Assembly (NCBI GenBank): GCA_035450765.1
Contig: DAOTNL010000003.1
Coordinates: 1-39,538 of the forward strand
Source of the DNA: Kiritimatiellia bacterium
GTDB lineage: Bacteria > Verrucomicrobiota > Kiritimatiellia > CAIQIC01 > Lenti-01
Length of the DNA stretch: 39,538 nt
Direction of reading: 5' to 3'
A model generated the notes under the pieces. It was not told where the DNA came from, made no database searches, and was given only the letters and a program-made list of their open reading frames with translations. Positions 1-8,617 of this stretch are shown piece by piece. The position numbers were made by a program, and so were the translations under genes. Position 1 is the stretch's first letter; every line of letters begins with the position of its first letter.

Positions 1-1
1 G

Positions 2-346
2 CAGATGGCCGCGCCGCTGGCGCCCGCGCCGGCCCCGCCGCCCGTTGCGCCGGTGCCCATGGCGGCTCGCGCCGCGGCCACCTCGATCGTGGCGGCCGCG
101 CCGGCGCGCTATGCGGCGGCGCCGGCGCCGATCTCGGCTGCTCCGCCTCCCGCGGCGGCTCCTGTCCAGGCTCCGCCGGTCGCGGCGCCCGCGCCCCCGC
201 CGGCGGCCGTTCCCGCGCCGGCGCCGATCCTGGAAGCCCAGGCGGCGCCGCCGGTCGCCGCCGCACCGCTGCCCGCCGTGCGGCCGGCCATCGCGCCGCC
301 GCCCATGAGCCTGCTGAATCCCAATCTGGTCACCCGCGCGCAATAG
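2..346 (+). CDS. 3' end of an Ala/Pro-rich low-complexity protein (5' end outside window)
   Basis: Frame is open from the window edge to TAG at 344-346. Product is almost pure A/P/V (APAPAPPPVAPVP...AAPPVAAAPLPAV) and ends LLNPNLVTRAQ. No domain recognised. Frame choice in such GC-rich DNA is uncertain. Confidence 0.4.
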   Translation, partial: QMAAPLAPAPAPPPVAPVPMAARAAATSIVAAAPARYAAAPAPISAAPPPAAAPVQAPPVAAPAPPPAAVPAPAPILEAQAAPPVAAAPLPAVRPAIAPPPMSLLNPNLVTRAQ

Positions 347-370
347 AGAATGCCGGAAGGAACCGTCCGC

Positions 371-1438
371 ATGAAGAAAACGAGTTTGGATTTCCTGAAG
401 CGCCTGATGAACGCGATTTCTCCGTCCGGCTACGAACTGGATGCCGTGCGGGTGTTCCGCAAGGAGGCGGAATCGTTCGCCGCCGAAGTCCGCACGGACG
501 TGCACGGCAACGTCGACGTCGTGGTGAATCCCGGCGGCTCGCCGCGCGTGATGCTGGCGGGACACTACGACGAGATCGGCTTCATCGTGACGCTGATCGA
601 TTCGCACGGGTTCCTCTGGATTTCGCCCATCGGCGGCTGGGACGCGCAGATTCCGCAGGGCCAGCGCGTGGCGATCCGCACGGCCAAGGGCGTCGTGCCC
701 GGCATCATCGGCAAGGTGCCGGTCCACGTGCAGAAGCCGGACGAGCGCAGCCGCGTGACGCCGCTGACCGACCTGTGGGTGGACGTCGGCGCGAAGAACC
801 GCAAGGAAGCGGAGAAAATGGTGTCCGTGGGCGATCCGATGGTGATCGACCAGGGCGTGGCCGAGTTGCCCAACGGGCGGTTGGCGGGGCGGGCGTTCGA
901 CGACCGCGCCGGCGCGTTCGTGGTGCTGGAAACGGCGCGGCGCTTGGCGGAAATGGCGCCTCAGGCCGCAATCCACGCCGTCGGCACGGTGCAGGAGGAA
1001 ATCGGCAGCCGCGGCGCGACGACCTCCGCGTTCGGCATCGCGCCGGACGTGGGCATCGCCGTGGACGTGACGTTCGCGACGGACCACCCGATGATGGACG
1101 GCGCGGAAAAGCGCGAGGGCAAGGTGGCGCTCGGCGGCGGCCCGGTGCTGTCGCGCGGGGCGAACATCAACCCCGTCCTCTACGATCATCTGCTGGCGAC
1201 GGCGAAGAAGCGCAAGATCCCCGTGCAGATCGTGGCCGACGGCCGCGCGACGCCGACGGACGCCGATCCCATCCAGCTTTCCCGCGCGGGCGTGGCCGCC
1301 GCGCTGGTGAGCATCCCGTTGCGCTACATGCACACGCCCAGCGAAATCGTCGCCGTCGACGACCTCGACCGGACGGTCGAGCTGCTCGCGCACGCGATCG
1401 CGGCCATGAAGCCCGGGCAGAAGTGGATTCCGTTTTGA
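371..1438 (+). CDS. M42 family metallopeptidase (FrvX/YpdE-like aminopeptidase/endoglucanase family)
   Basis: ORF 350-1438, with start moved to ATG 371 (MKKTSLDFLKRL, GGAAGG upstream). Family motifs present: LAGHYDEIGF, FDDRAG, VQEEIGSRGA, MHTPSE. Confidence 0.85.
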   Translation: MKKTSLDFLKRLMNAISPSGYELDAVRVFRKEAESFAAEVRTDVHGNVDVVVNPGGSPRVMLAGHYDEIGFIVTLIDSHGFLWISPIGGWDAQIPQGQRVAIRTAKGVVPGIIGKVPVHVQKPDERSRVTPLTDLWVDVGAKNRKEAEKMVSVGDPMVIDQGVAELPNGRLAGRAFDDRAGAFVVLETARRLAEMAPQAAIHAVGTVQEEIGSRGATTSAFGIAPDVGIAVDVTFATDHPMMDGAEKREGKVALGGGPVLSRGANINPVLYDHLLATAKKRKIPVQIVADGRATPTDADPIQLSRAGVAAALVSIPLRYMHTPSEIVAVDDLDRTVELLAHAIAAMKPGQKWIPF

Positions 1439-1446
1439 TTCGCGAG

Positions 1447-1474
1447 GATTCAGAGTTCAGGGTTCAGAGTTCAG
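1447..1474 (+). repeat. Four in-phase heptads GATTCAG-AGTTCAG-GGTTCAG-AGTTCAG in the argC leader
   Basis: Read directly from the sequence. A fifth degenerate heptad, GAGTCGG (1475-1481), supplies the GGAG Shine-Dalgarno before ATG 1485. Confidence 0.8.
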
Positions 1475-1484
1475 GAGTCGGACG

Positions 1485-2543
1485 ATGATCAAAGTCAAGG
1501 TAGTCGGTTGCGGGGGATACGGCGGCGTGGGGATCGTGGAGCTGCTGCTGCGGCATCCCGAGGTGAAGATCCAGACGCTGGTGGCGGCGACGGAAACGGG
1601 CATGGCGATGAGCGAGCTCTATCCGCACCTGAAGGGCTTCTGCGACCTGCCGATCCTGAAGCCCGACGATCCGGCGGCGCAGGAGCCGGCCGACGTGGTG
1701 TTTTTCTCGACGCCCGACGGCGTCGGCATGGTGCAGGCCCCGGCCGAACTGGCCAAGGGCGCGCGGGTGATCGACTACAGCGGCGATTTCCGCTTCAACA
1801 ACGTCGAGGACTACGCCGAGTACGCCCGGCGCATCGGCCGCGATCCGGTCCACAAGACGCCCGAACTGCTGCCGCAGACCGTCTACGGCCTGCCCGAGCT
1901 GAACCGCAAGGCCTATTCGAAGAACCAGCGTCTGGTCGGCAATCCCGGCTGTTTCGCGGTGAGCTGCCTGGTCGGTCTGGCGCCGGCGGCGGCGGCCAAG
2001 CTGGTGGATTTCAAGAGCGTCATCTGCGACTGCAAGACGGGCGTGTCGGGCGCCGGCAAGAAGGCCACGCCGATCCACCATTATCCGGCCCGCTACGAGA
2101 ACATGCAGGCCTATCGCCTGAGCGGCCACCAGCACGTGATGGAAGTCGAGCGCATGCTCGGCGGCCTCGCGGGCGAGCCCGTGCCGGTGACGTTCACCGC
2201 GCAGGTGGTGCCCGTCTGCCGCGGCATCCTGAGCTGCCTTTACGGCACGCTGCGCGACGGCATCGGCCTGGCGCAGGTGCGCGAAGCCTACGCCGAGTTC
2301 CACAAGGGCAATCCGTTCGTGCGGCTCTTCGACTCCAAGGCCGTCGTGGGCACGGCCCACGTGCGCGGGTCCAATTACTGCAACCTGACCGTCGACGTCG
2401 ACGAGCGCACGCGCCGCCTGCGCGTGGTCTCGCACATCGACAACCTCATGAAAGGCCAGGCCGGCAGCGCCTTGCAGAACATGAACCTGATCTTCGGCCT
2501 GCCCGAAAACCTCGGGCTGGACCATCCCGGCGCCTATCCCTAG
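1485..2543 (+). CDS. argC: N-acetyl-gamma-glutamyl-phosphate reductase
   Basis: 352-aa ORF. N-terminal Rossmann motif VVGCGGYGGVGIVELLLRHPEV, active-site GNPGCFA, and C-terminal IDNLMKGQAG typical of ArgC. Confidence 0.9.
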   Translation: MIKVKVVGCGGYGGVGIVELLLRHPEVKIQTLVAATETGMAMSELYPHLKGFCDLPILKPDDPAAQEPADVVFFSTPDGVGMVQAPAELAKGARVIDYSGDFRFNNVEDYAEYARRIGRDPVHKTPELLPQTVYGLPELNRKAYSKNQRLVGNPGCFAVSCLVGLAPAAAAKLVDFKSVICDCKTGVSGAGKKATPIHHYPARYENMQAYRLSGHQHVMEVERMLGGLAGEPVPVTFTAQVVPVCRGILSCLYGTLRDGIGLAQVREAYAEFHKGNPFVRLFDSKAVVGTAHVRGSNYCNLTVDVDERTRRLRVVSHIDNLMKGQAGSALQNMNLIFGLPENLGLDHPGAYP

Positions 2544-2567
2544 ACTGTCTTCCGAAAGGAGAGGACC

Positions 2568-3998
2568 ATGAAGAAACTCGTGTTGTTCCTCGGTTGGTTG
2601 CCCGCGGCGGCGCTCGCCGCCGGGCCGCAGGTCACGATCTACAACGACGGCTTCGCGACCGTGAAGGAGGATCGGACGCTGGCCCTCGCGGAAGGCGTTT
2701 CCGAAGTGCGCGTGACGGACATGTCGCGGCAGCTCGAGCCCGATTCCGTCATGCTGCGGGAACTGTCCGCCGAGCCCTTCGGCGTGCAGATCCTCGAGCA
2801 GAGCTTCGTGAACGATCCGCTGACGGAAGGCCTGCTCCTGTACCAGATGGAAGGCAAAACCCTGCGGTTCGAGGAAAAGCGCGAGGACGGCACCGTGAAG
2901 GAACACGTCGGCAAGCTGGTCCGCAGCGGCTACGTGCCGGGCGGCGGCTCCGAGCAGCCCATCGTGGAAGAAGACGGCGCGGTGCGGTTTTCCCTGCCGG
3001 GCCAGCCCGTGTTCGAGGGCATCGATCCCAATGCCTTCCTGAAGCCCTCGCTGGTGTGGCAAATCGCCTCGAAAAAGGCGGGGGAGTGCCCGATCGAGGT
3101 CGCCTACGTCACGGCCGGCATGAGCTGGGAGGCCACCTACAACCTCGTCATGCCCGCCGAGGGCGGCGACGTCTTCGATTTCTCCGGTTGGATTTCCTTG
3201 CGCAACGACACCGGCAAGGATTTCGTGGACGCCGCGGTCAAGCTGATCGCCGGCGACGTGCAGAAGGTGGAGCAACCGGTTCCGCGGATGCCCAAGCGAT
3301 TGGCCTTCGCGGCGGCGGCCGAGGCCGAATTCGGCATGCCCGAAGAGCGCGCCTTCGACGAATTCCACCTCTACACCCTGCCGCGGCCGGTCCGGGTGCG
3401 GAACAACGAGCTGAAGCAGGTCGAATTCCTGCGCGCGCCGGGCGTGAAGGGCAACCGCTACTACGTCTACAATCCGCTCGTCGGCTACGGATACTACGGC
3501 GGGGTCCAGCTGGATCCGGACTACGGCACCACGGCGGACAAGAAGGTCGGCGTGCGCATCGAGATTTCCAACAGCGAGACCAACGGCCTGGGCGTGCCGC
3601 TGCCGAAGGGCCGCATGCGCCTGTACCGCACCGACGTGGACGGCCGCCGTGAGTTCACCGGCGAGAACCAGCTGGACCACCTGCCCAAGAACGAGCTGCT
3701 CAAGCTCGACATGGGCAGCGCCTTCGATCTCGTCGGCGAGCGCAAGCGCATGGATTTCCGGGTGGACACCACGGCCAAGACGATGACCGAGTCTTTCGAG
3801 ATCAAGCTGCGCAACCGCAAGGAGAAGGACGCCGTGGAAATCCGCGTGGTCGAGCCGCTGGTTCGCTGCGCGAACTGGAAGGTCGCGTCCAGCAGCCTGC
3901 CGTACGAAAAGATCGATTCCCACGCGGTCGAGTTCCGCGTGCCCGTGCCGGCGGACGGCGAGACGGTATTGACCTATACGGTCAACTACCGGTGGTGA
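2568..3998 (+). CDS. DUF4139-type (MuiA-like) exported protein
   Basis: 476-aa ORF with GGAGAGG SD. Signal peptide MKKLVLFLGWLPAAALAAG. The YNDGFATVKE start and overall layout resemble the DUF4140/DUF4139 family. Recognised from memory only. Confidence 0.65.
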   Translation: MKKLVLFLGWLPAAALAAGPQVTIYNDGFATVKEDRTLALAEGVSEVRVTDMSRQLEPDSVMLRELSAEPFGVQILEQSFVNDPLTEGLLLYQMEGKTLRFEEKREDGTVKEHVGKLVRSGYVPGGGSEQPIVEEDGAVRFSLPGQPVFEGIDPNAFLKPSLVWQIASKKAGECPIEVAYVTAGMSWEATYNLVMPAEGGDVFDFSGWISLRNDTGKDFVDAAVKLIAGDVQKVEQPVPRMPKRLAFAAAAEAEFGMPEERAFDEFHLYTLPRPVRVRNNELKQVEFLRAPGVKGNRYYVYNPLVGYGYYGGVQLDPDYGTTADKKVGVRIEISNSETNGLGVPLPKGRMRLYRTDVDGRREFTGENQLDHLPKNELLKLDMGSAFDLVGERKRMDFRVDTTAKTMTESFEIKLRNRKEKDAVEIRVVEPLVRCANWKVASSSLPYEKIDSHAVEFRVPVPADGETVLTYTVNYRW

Positions 3999-4023
3999 GG
4001 CGGTTCCCGCGCCGCGGAAAAGG

Positions 4024-4042
4024 TTTTCCACGGCGTGGAAAA
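4024..4042. promoter_or_regulatory. Perfect 19-bp palindrome TTTTCCACG-G-CGTGGAAAA (candidate operator or hairpin)
   Basis: Read directly. Lies between stop 3998 and ATG 4087. A near-identical copy sits at 28654-28672. Confidence 0.45.
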
Positions 4043-4086
4043 ATATGCGACAAGATCGCTTCCTGTGCGATAGATTCGGAGAACAT

Positions 4087-5043
4087 ATGGATTTCAGACT
4101 GAAAACGATTTCCGCCGTCCTGGCGCTGGCCTTGCTGGCCACGCCGGGATTCGGCGTGCCGGCCATCGTGCACGATCCGATCAAGGTGGCCGAAAAAGGC
4201 CAGCCGCTGGGCGTGCGGGCCACGGTCCGCGACGCCGCGGCGCCGGTGGAGTCGGTGGCGCTGTTCTATTCCTCCTCGCGGGGGATGACGCCGTTCCGGG
4301 CGCCGATGTCCAGCTCGGGGGCGGGGGTTTGGTATGCCACGATCCCCGGCCACATGATGGGGCCCGGCGCGCAGATGTTCTACTACATCCAGGCCGAGAA
4401 CGCCGACGGCGAGACGCGGGAAACCGATTGGCTGACCGTCAAGCTGGTGGATTCCGGCGTGGCGCCCGAAGCGATTCCGGCGGCCAGCGCGGTGGCGCAA
4501 CAGGCCCGGCAGCAGGCAACGCCGGCCGCCGCGCCCGCGCCGGCCCCCGCGCCGGCTCCGGCCAAAGGCGGCAAGTCGAAGTACCTTTTGCCGGCGGCGG
4601 TCATCGTCGGCGGCGGCCTCGCCATCGGCGGCGCCTTGGCGATCGCGACCTACGACAGCGGCGGCGGGGGCGGGGGCAGTTCCAAGACCGTGGACGGCAA
4701 CTACGGCGGCAACTACAACCTGTGCTTCGTGCCGGGCGCGACCACCAACGCCGCGACGAACGTCACGACCACGTGCGACAACGGCCTCGTCAACGTCTAC
4801 GTGACCAACGGCGCCGCCCGCATCGTCGGCCTCTGGGGCGGCGAGACCCTCAGCGGCCCCGTGAACGGCAGCCTGTTTTCCGCCGTCGCGGACGTCGGCG
4901 CCACCGCCCAGTTTCCGCCGGCGCACCTGATCGCATCCGGAGAAATCTCCGGTTCGGCCTGCACGGTGCGCATCGACGGCTATTCGACGGATGCAACCCG
5001 GCCCGGCAATTTCAGCGGCCAAGCGAACCTGACGAAGAGGTAG
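4087..5043 (+). CDS. Exported/membrane hypothetical protein with (PA)n spacer and mid-protein TM helix
   Basis: ORF 4045-5043, with start moved to ATG 4087 (GGAGA SD; MDFRLKTISAVLALALLATPGFG signal peptide). Contains the ATPAAAPAPAPAPAPAKGGKSKY linker, hydrophobic LLPAAVIVGGGLAIGGALAIA, and a G/S run. Confidence 0.6.
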   Translation: MDFRLKTISAVLALALLATPGFGVPAIVHDPIKVAEKGQPLGVRATVRDAAAPVESVALFYSSSRGMTPFRAPMSSSGAGVWYATIPGHMMGPGAQMFYYIQAENADGETRETDWLTVKLVDSGVAPEAIPAASAVAQQARQQATPAAAPAPAPAPAPAKGGKSKYLLPAAVIVGGGLAIGGALAIATYDSGGGGGGSSKTVDGNYGGNYNLCFVPGATTNAATNVTTTCDNGLVNVYVTNGAARIVGLWGGETLSGPVNGSLFSAVADVGATAQFPPAHLIASGEISGSACTVRIDGYSTDATRPGNFSGQANLTKR

Positions 5044-5046
5044 GCG

Positions 5047-5577
5047 ATGCGGAAGACGGCGTTTCTGGAGCTGGCGGAAAAGCGGCGCAGCGTGCGGGCC
5101 TACAAGCCCGACGAGGTGCCGGACGAGCTCGTGCAAACGGTGCTGGAGGCCGGGCGGCTGGCGCCGTCGGCCTGCAACAAGCAGCCGTGGCGGTTCATCG
5201 TGGTCCGCAGCGAGACCGGCCGGCGCGCGCTGGGCGCGGCCTATGCCCGCGAATGGTTCTGGAAAGCGCCGGTCGTGATCGCGGTCTGCATCCTGCCCAA
5301 GGAAGCCTGGACGCGGTCCTACGACGGCCAGAACTACGCCATGGTGGACGGCGCGCTGGCGCTCGACCACATGACCCTGGCCGCCGCCGAACTGGGCCTG
5401 GGCACCTGCTGGATCGGCGCATTCGATCCGGCCGCCGCCCGCGAAATCCTGAATCTGCCCGACGGCGTCGAGATCGTCGGGATGACGCCGCTGGGCTTCC
5501 CCGACGTGGATCCCAATCCGCGCGTCCGCTCCCGCCGCCCGCTGGGCGAAATCGCCATGAAGGAACGCTGGGGCTGA
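5047..5577 (+). CDS. Nitroreductase family protein
   Basis: 176-aa ORF. RRSVRAYKPDEVPDELVQTVLEAGRLAPSACNKQPWRFIVV is the classic nitroreductase N-terminal signature. Confidence 0.85.
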   Translation: MRKTAFLELAEKRRSVRAYKPDEVPDELVQTVLEAGRLAPSACNKQPWRFIVVRSETGRRALGAAYAREWFWKAPVVIAVCILPKEAWTRSYDGQNYAMVDGALALDHMTLAAAELGLGTCWIGAFDPAAAREILNLPDGVEIVGMTPLGFPDVDPNPRVRSRRPLGEIAMKERWG

Positions 5578-5595
5578 ACCGCCAAATGCAGACGA

Positions 5596-5658
5596 CGAAT
5601 CACTCGAATGATGCGAATGAAATCTCGGAAACCCCATTCGTTCAATTCGTGCCATTCG
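5596..5658. repeat. Symmetric array: 3 x CGAAT then 3 x ATTCG, each set phased at 9 nt, mirror-symmetric about position 5627
   Basis: CGAAT at 5596, 5605, 5614 and ATTCG at 5636, 5645, 5654. Followed by heptads GATTCCG-GATTTCG-GATTTCG (5664-5684) just before the uvrB ATG. Confidence 0.75.
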
Positions 5659-5691
5659 TAGTTGATTCCGGATTTCGGATTTCGGGGTTTC

Positions 5692-7749
5692 ATGGCCTCG
5701 TTTGAACTGGTCTCGGATTTCCGCCCGACGGGCGACCAGCCCGACGCCATCGCCGCGCTGGTGGCCGGTTTTCGTTCCGGCCAGCGTTTCCGCACGCTGG
5801 AAGGCGTGACGGGCTCGGGCAAGACTTTCACGATGGCCAACGTGATCGCCCAGCTCGGGCAGCCGACGCTGCTCGTCTCCCACAACAAGACCCTCGCCGC
5901 GCAGCTCTACGCCGAGCTCAAGGAGTTTTTCCCCCGCAACGCCGTCGAGTACTTCGTCAGCTACTACGACTACTACCAGCCCGAAGCCTACATCCCGCAG
6001 ACGGACACCTACATCGAGAAGGATTCCAGCATCAACGAGGAGATCGAGCGCCTGCGGCTGGCGGCGACGGATGCGCTGATCAACCGCGAAGACGTGATCA
6101 TCGTCGCGTCCGTTTCGTGCATCTACGGCCTGGGCTCGCCCGAAGACTACCGCGGCATGCTGGTCACCCTGCGCGTGGGCGACGAATTTCCCCGCGAGGA
6201 GATCATGCGCAAGCTGGTGGACGTGCAGTACGCCCGCAACGACCTGGCGACGCTGCCGGGCACGTTCCGCGCGCGCGGCGACGTCCTCGACGTCTTCCCG
6301 GGCTACAGCCAGGACGGCGTGCGCATCGAGTTCTTCGGCGACCGCATCGAAAGCCTGAAGCGCATCGATCCGCTGACCGGCAAGACCCTCCAGGCGTTCG
6401 ACCACACGACGATTTCGCCGGCCAAGCACTTCGTGATGCCCGCCGAAAAGATCGCGCCGGCCGTCGAACGGGTCCTGGTCGAGATGGAAGCGCGCGTAGC
6501 GGAGCTGGAAAGCCAGAACAAGCTGCTCGAAGCCCAGCGGCTGCGCATGCGCACCACCTTCGACATGGAGATGCTGCGCGAAGTGGGCTATTGCAGCGGC
6601 ATCGAGAACTATTCGGGGCCGCTCTCGGGCCGGCCGCGCGGGTCGCGGCCGTACACCCTGATCGATTTCTTTCCGCCGGGCTTCCTGACGATCGTCGACG
6701 AGTCGCACGTGACCCTGCCGCAGATCCGCGGCATGTTCAACGGCGACCAGGCCCGCAAACGCACGCTGGTGGAACACGGTTTCCGCCTGCCGTCGGCCCT
6801 CGACAACCGGCCGATGGACTTCGACGAATTCATGGGCGTGACCGGCACCATGCTGTTTACTTCCGCCACGCCGGGCCCGCTGGAAGGCCGGCTCGCCGGC
6901 GAACCCGTGCGCCAAGTCATCCGCCCGACGGGCATCCTCGATCCCGTCGTGGAGGTGAGGCCCCTGAAGAACCAGATCGACGATCTCATCGAGGAAGTCC
7001 GCCGGTGCGCGGAAAACAAAGACCGCGTGCTGGTGACGACGCTGACGAAGAAAACGGCGGAGGACCTGTCGGCCTATCTGCAGAACATCGGGATCCGCTG
7101 CAAGTACCTGCATTCCGACATCACGGCGCTGGATCGCGTGGCGATCCTCAAGGGCCTGCGCAAGGCCGACTTCGACTGCCTGATCGGCATCAACCTGCTG
7201 CGCGAAGGTTTGGATCTTCCCGAAGTGGCGCTGGTGGCCGTGCTGGACGCGGACAAGGAAGGCTTCCTGCGCAGCGAAACGTCGCTGATCCAGACGGCCG
7301 GCCGCGCCGCGCGGCATCTCCAGGGCCGCGTGATCCTCTACGCCGACCAGATCACCGACTCCATGAAGCGCATGATCGACCTGACGCGGGAACGCCGGCG
7401 CGTCCAGGAAGAATACAACCGCGCCAACGGCATTACCCCGCGGAAAATCGAAAAGGCCATCAGCGAGAGCCTGGCCCAGGCCGAAAAGGCCCGGGAGACC
7501 GAGGAATTCGTCGTGCGCGAGGCGGGGGAGGACTACGACGTGGTCCGCGCCATCGCCGAGATGGAACGCGAAATGGCCGAGGCCGCCGAGGCCATGGAAT
7601 TCGAGCGGGCGGCGCTCCTGCGCGACCAGATCTACGAGCTGAAACAGGCGGAAAACCCTTTCAAGGGCACCGTGCAGGTCAAGAAACGGAAGAAGATCGC
7701 CTACCATCCGGGCCAAGGCCGCCTCGGCGGCCGGAGGAGGAAGCCATGA
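5692..7749 (+). CDS. uvrB: Excinuclease ABC subunit B
   Basis: ORF 5662-7749, with start taken at [17 protein letters not shown]. Walker [19 protein letters not shown] box, and C-terminal UVR motif [15 protein letters not shown]. Confidence 0.95.
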   Translation: MASFELVSDFRPTGDQPDAIAALVAGFRSGQRFRTLEGVTGSGKTFTMANVIAQLGQPTLLVSHNKTLAAQLYAELKEFFPRNAVEYFVSYYDYYQPEAYIPQTDTYIEKDSSINEEIERLRLAATDALINREDVIIVASVSCIYGLGSPEDYRGMLVTLRVGDEFPREEIMRKLVDVQYARNDLATLPGTFRARGDVLDVFPGYSQDGVRIEFFGDRIESLKRIDPLTGKTLQAFDHTTISPAKHFVMPAEKIAPAVERVLVEMEARVAELESQNKLLEAQRLRMRTTFDMEMLREVGYCSGIENYSGPLSGRPRGSRPYTLIDFFPPGFLTIVDESHVTLPQIRGMFNGDQARKRTLVEHGFRLPSALDNRPMDFDEFMGVTGTMLFTSATPGPLEGRLAGEPVRQVIRPTGILDPVVEVRPLKNQIDDLIEEVRRCAENKDRVLVTTLTKKTAEDLSAYLQNIGIRCKYLHSDITALDRVAILKGLRKADFDCLIGINLLREGLDLPEVALVAVLDADKEGFLRSETSLIQTAGRAARHLQGRVILYADQITDSMKRMIDLTRERRRVQEEYNRANGITPRKIEKAISESLAQAEKARETEEFVVREAGEDYDVVRAIAEMEREMAEAAEAMEFERAALLRDQIYELKQAENPFKGTVQVKKRKKIAYHPGQGRLGGRRRKP

Positions 7750-8612
7750 GCGAAGACGTGCTGCCGCTGGAACAGGATCCCGAAATCCGCGAACTGATCG
7801 CGCGCGCGCTGGCCGAAGACGTGGGCTCCGGCGACGCGACGACCTTGGCGCTGGTGGATGCGGACGCGACGGCCAGCGCCCGCATCGTGGCCCGGCACGA
7901 AGTCGTGCCGGCCGGCCTCGCGGTCGCGGCCGAAGTCTTCCGCCAGGCCGATCCGCGCCTGACGTGCGAGATGCTCTGCCCCGACGGCGAACCGGTGGGG
8001 CCGGGGACGGCCTTGCTGCGCGTGTCCGGACCGGCGCGGGCTTTGCTGACGGCGGAACGGACGGCGCTCAATCTGGCGCAGCGCATGACGGGCATCGCCA
8101 CCGCCACCGAATGCCTCGTGCGGATCGTGGCCGACTACGGCACGCTGATCCTCGACACCCGCAAGACCGTGCCCGGCCTGCGGCGGCTGGACAAGTACGC
8201 CGTCAAATGCGGCGGCGGCACCAACCACCGCATCGGCCTGCACGACGCCATCCTGATCAAGGACAACCATCTCGCGTTCTGGCGGCAGAAGAACAAGGGC
8301 ACGCTGGCCGACGCGGTCCGCGCCGCCCGCGCGGCCTATCCGGGGCTGAAGATCGAAATCGAAGTGGACACCTTGGATCAGCTCCAGGAAGCCTTGCCGG
8401 GCCAGCCCGACTGGGTGCTGCTGGATAACATGTCGCCGCAGCAAGTGGCCGCGGCGGTCATCCTGTGCAACGGCGCCTGCAAGACCGAGGCGTCCGGCGG
8501 CATTACCAAGGACAACGTGCGCGAATACGCCCGCGCCGGCGTCACGGCCATCTCCATCGGCGCGCTGACGCATTCCTCCCGCGCCGCGGATCTGGGGTTG
8601 GACTTCGAGTAG
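7746..8612 (+). CDS. nadC: Nicotinate-nucleotide diphosphorylase (quinolinate phosphoribosyltransferase)
   Basis: In-frame ATG 7746 overlaps the uvrB stop (ATGA). ALAEDVGSGDATT, DTRKT, IKDNH and SGGI motifs are typical of NadC. Confidence 0.9.
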   Translation: MSEDVLPLEQDPEIRELIARALAEDVGSGDATTLALVDADATASARIVARHEVVPAGLAVAAEVFRQADPRLTCEMLCPDGEPVGPGTALLRVSGPARALLTAERTALNLAQRMTGIATATECLVRIVADYGTLILDTRKTVPGLRRLDKYAVKCGGGTNHRIGLHDAILIKDNHLAFWRQKNKGTLADAVRAARAAYPGLKIEIEVDTLDQLQEALPGQPDWVLLDNMSPQQVAAAVILCNGACKTEASGGITKDNVREYARAGVTAISIGALTHSSRAADLGLDFE

Positions 8613-8617
8613 GCCCG

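Noticed and set aside
1464-4223. 919-aa minus-strand ORF covering argC and the DUF4139 gene
   Set aside because: It is antisense to two genes with clear family signatures. The product is R/G/A/H/L-rich with no motifs. Long stop-free antisense frames are expected in GC-rich DNA.
5578-5691. Canonical LexA/SOS box upstream of uvrB
   Set aside because: I looked for CTGT-N8-ACAG, GAAC-N4-GTTC, GTTC-N7-GTTC and TGTTC-N4-GAACA patterns and found none. Only the CGAAT/ATTCG array is present, and it is reported separately.
3982-7716. 1244-aa minus-strand ORF spanning 4-7.7 kb
   Set aside because: It is antisense to the nitroreductase gene and uvrB, whose identity is unambiguous. The composition is typical of a mirror frame.
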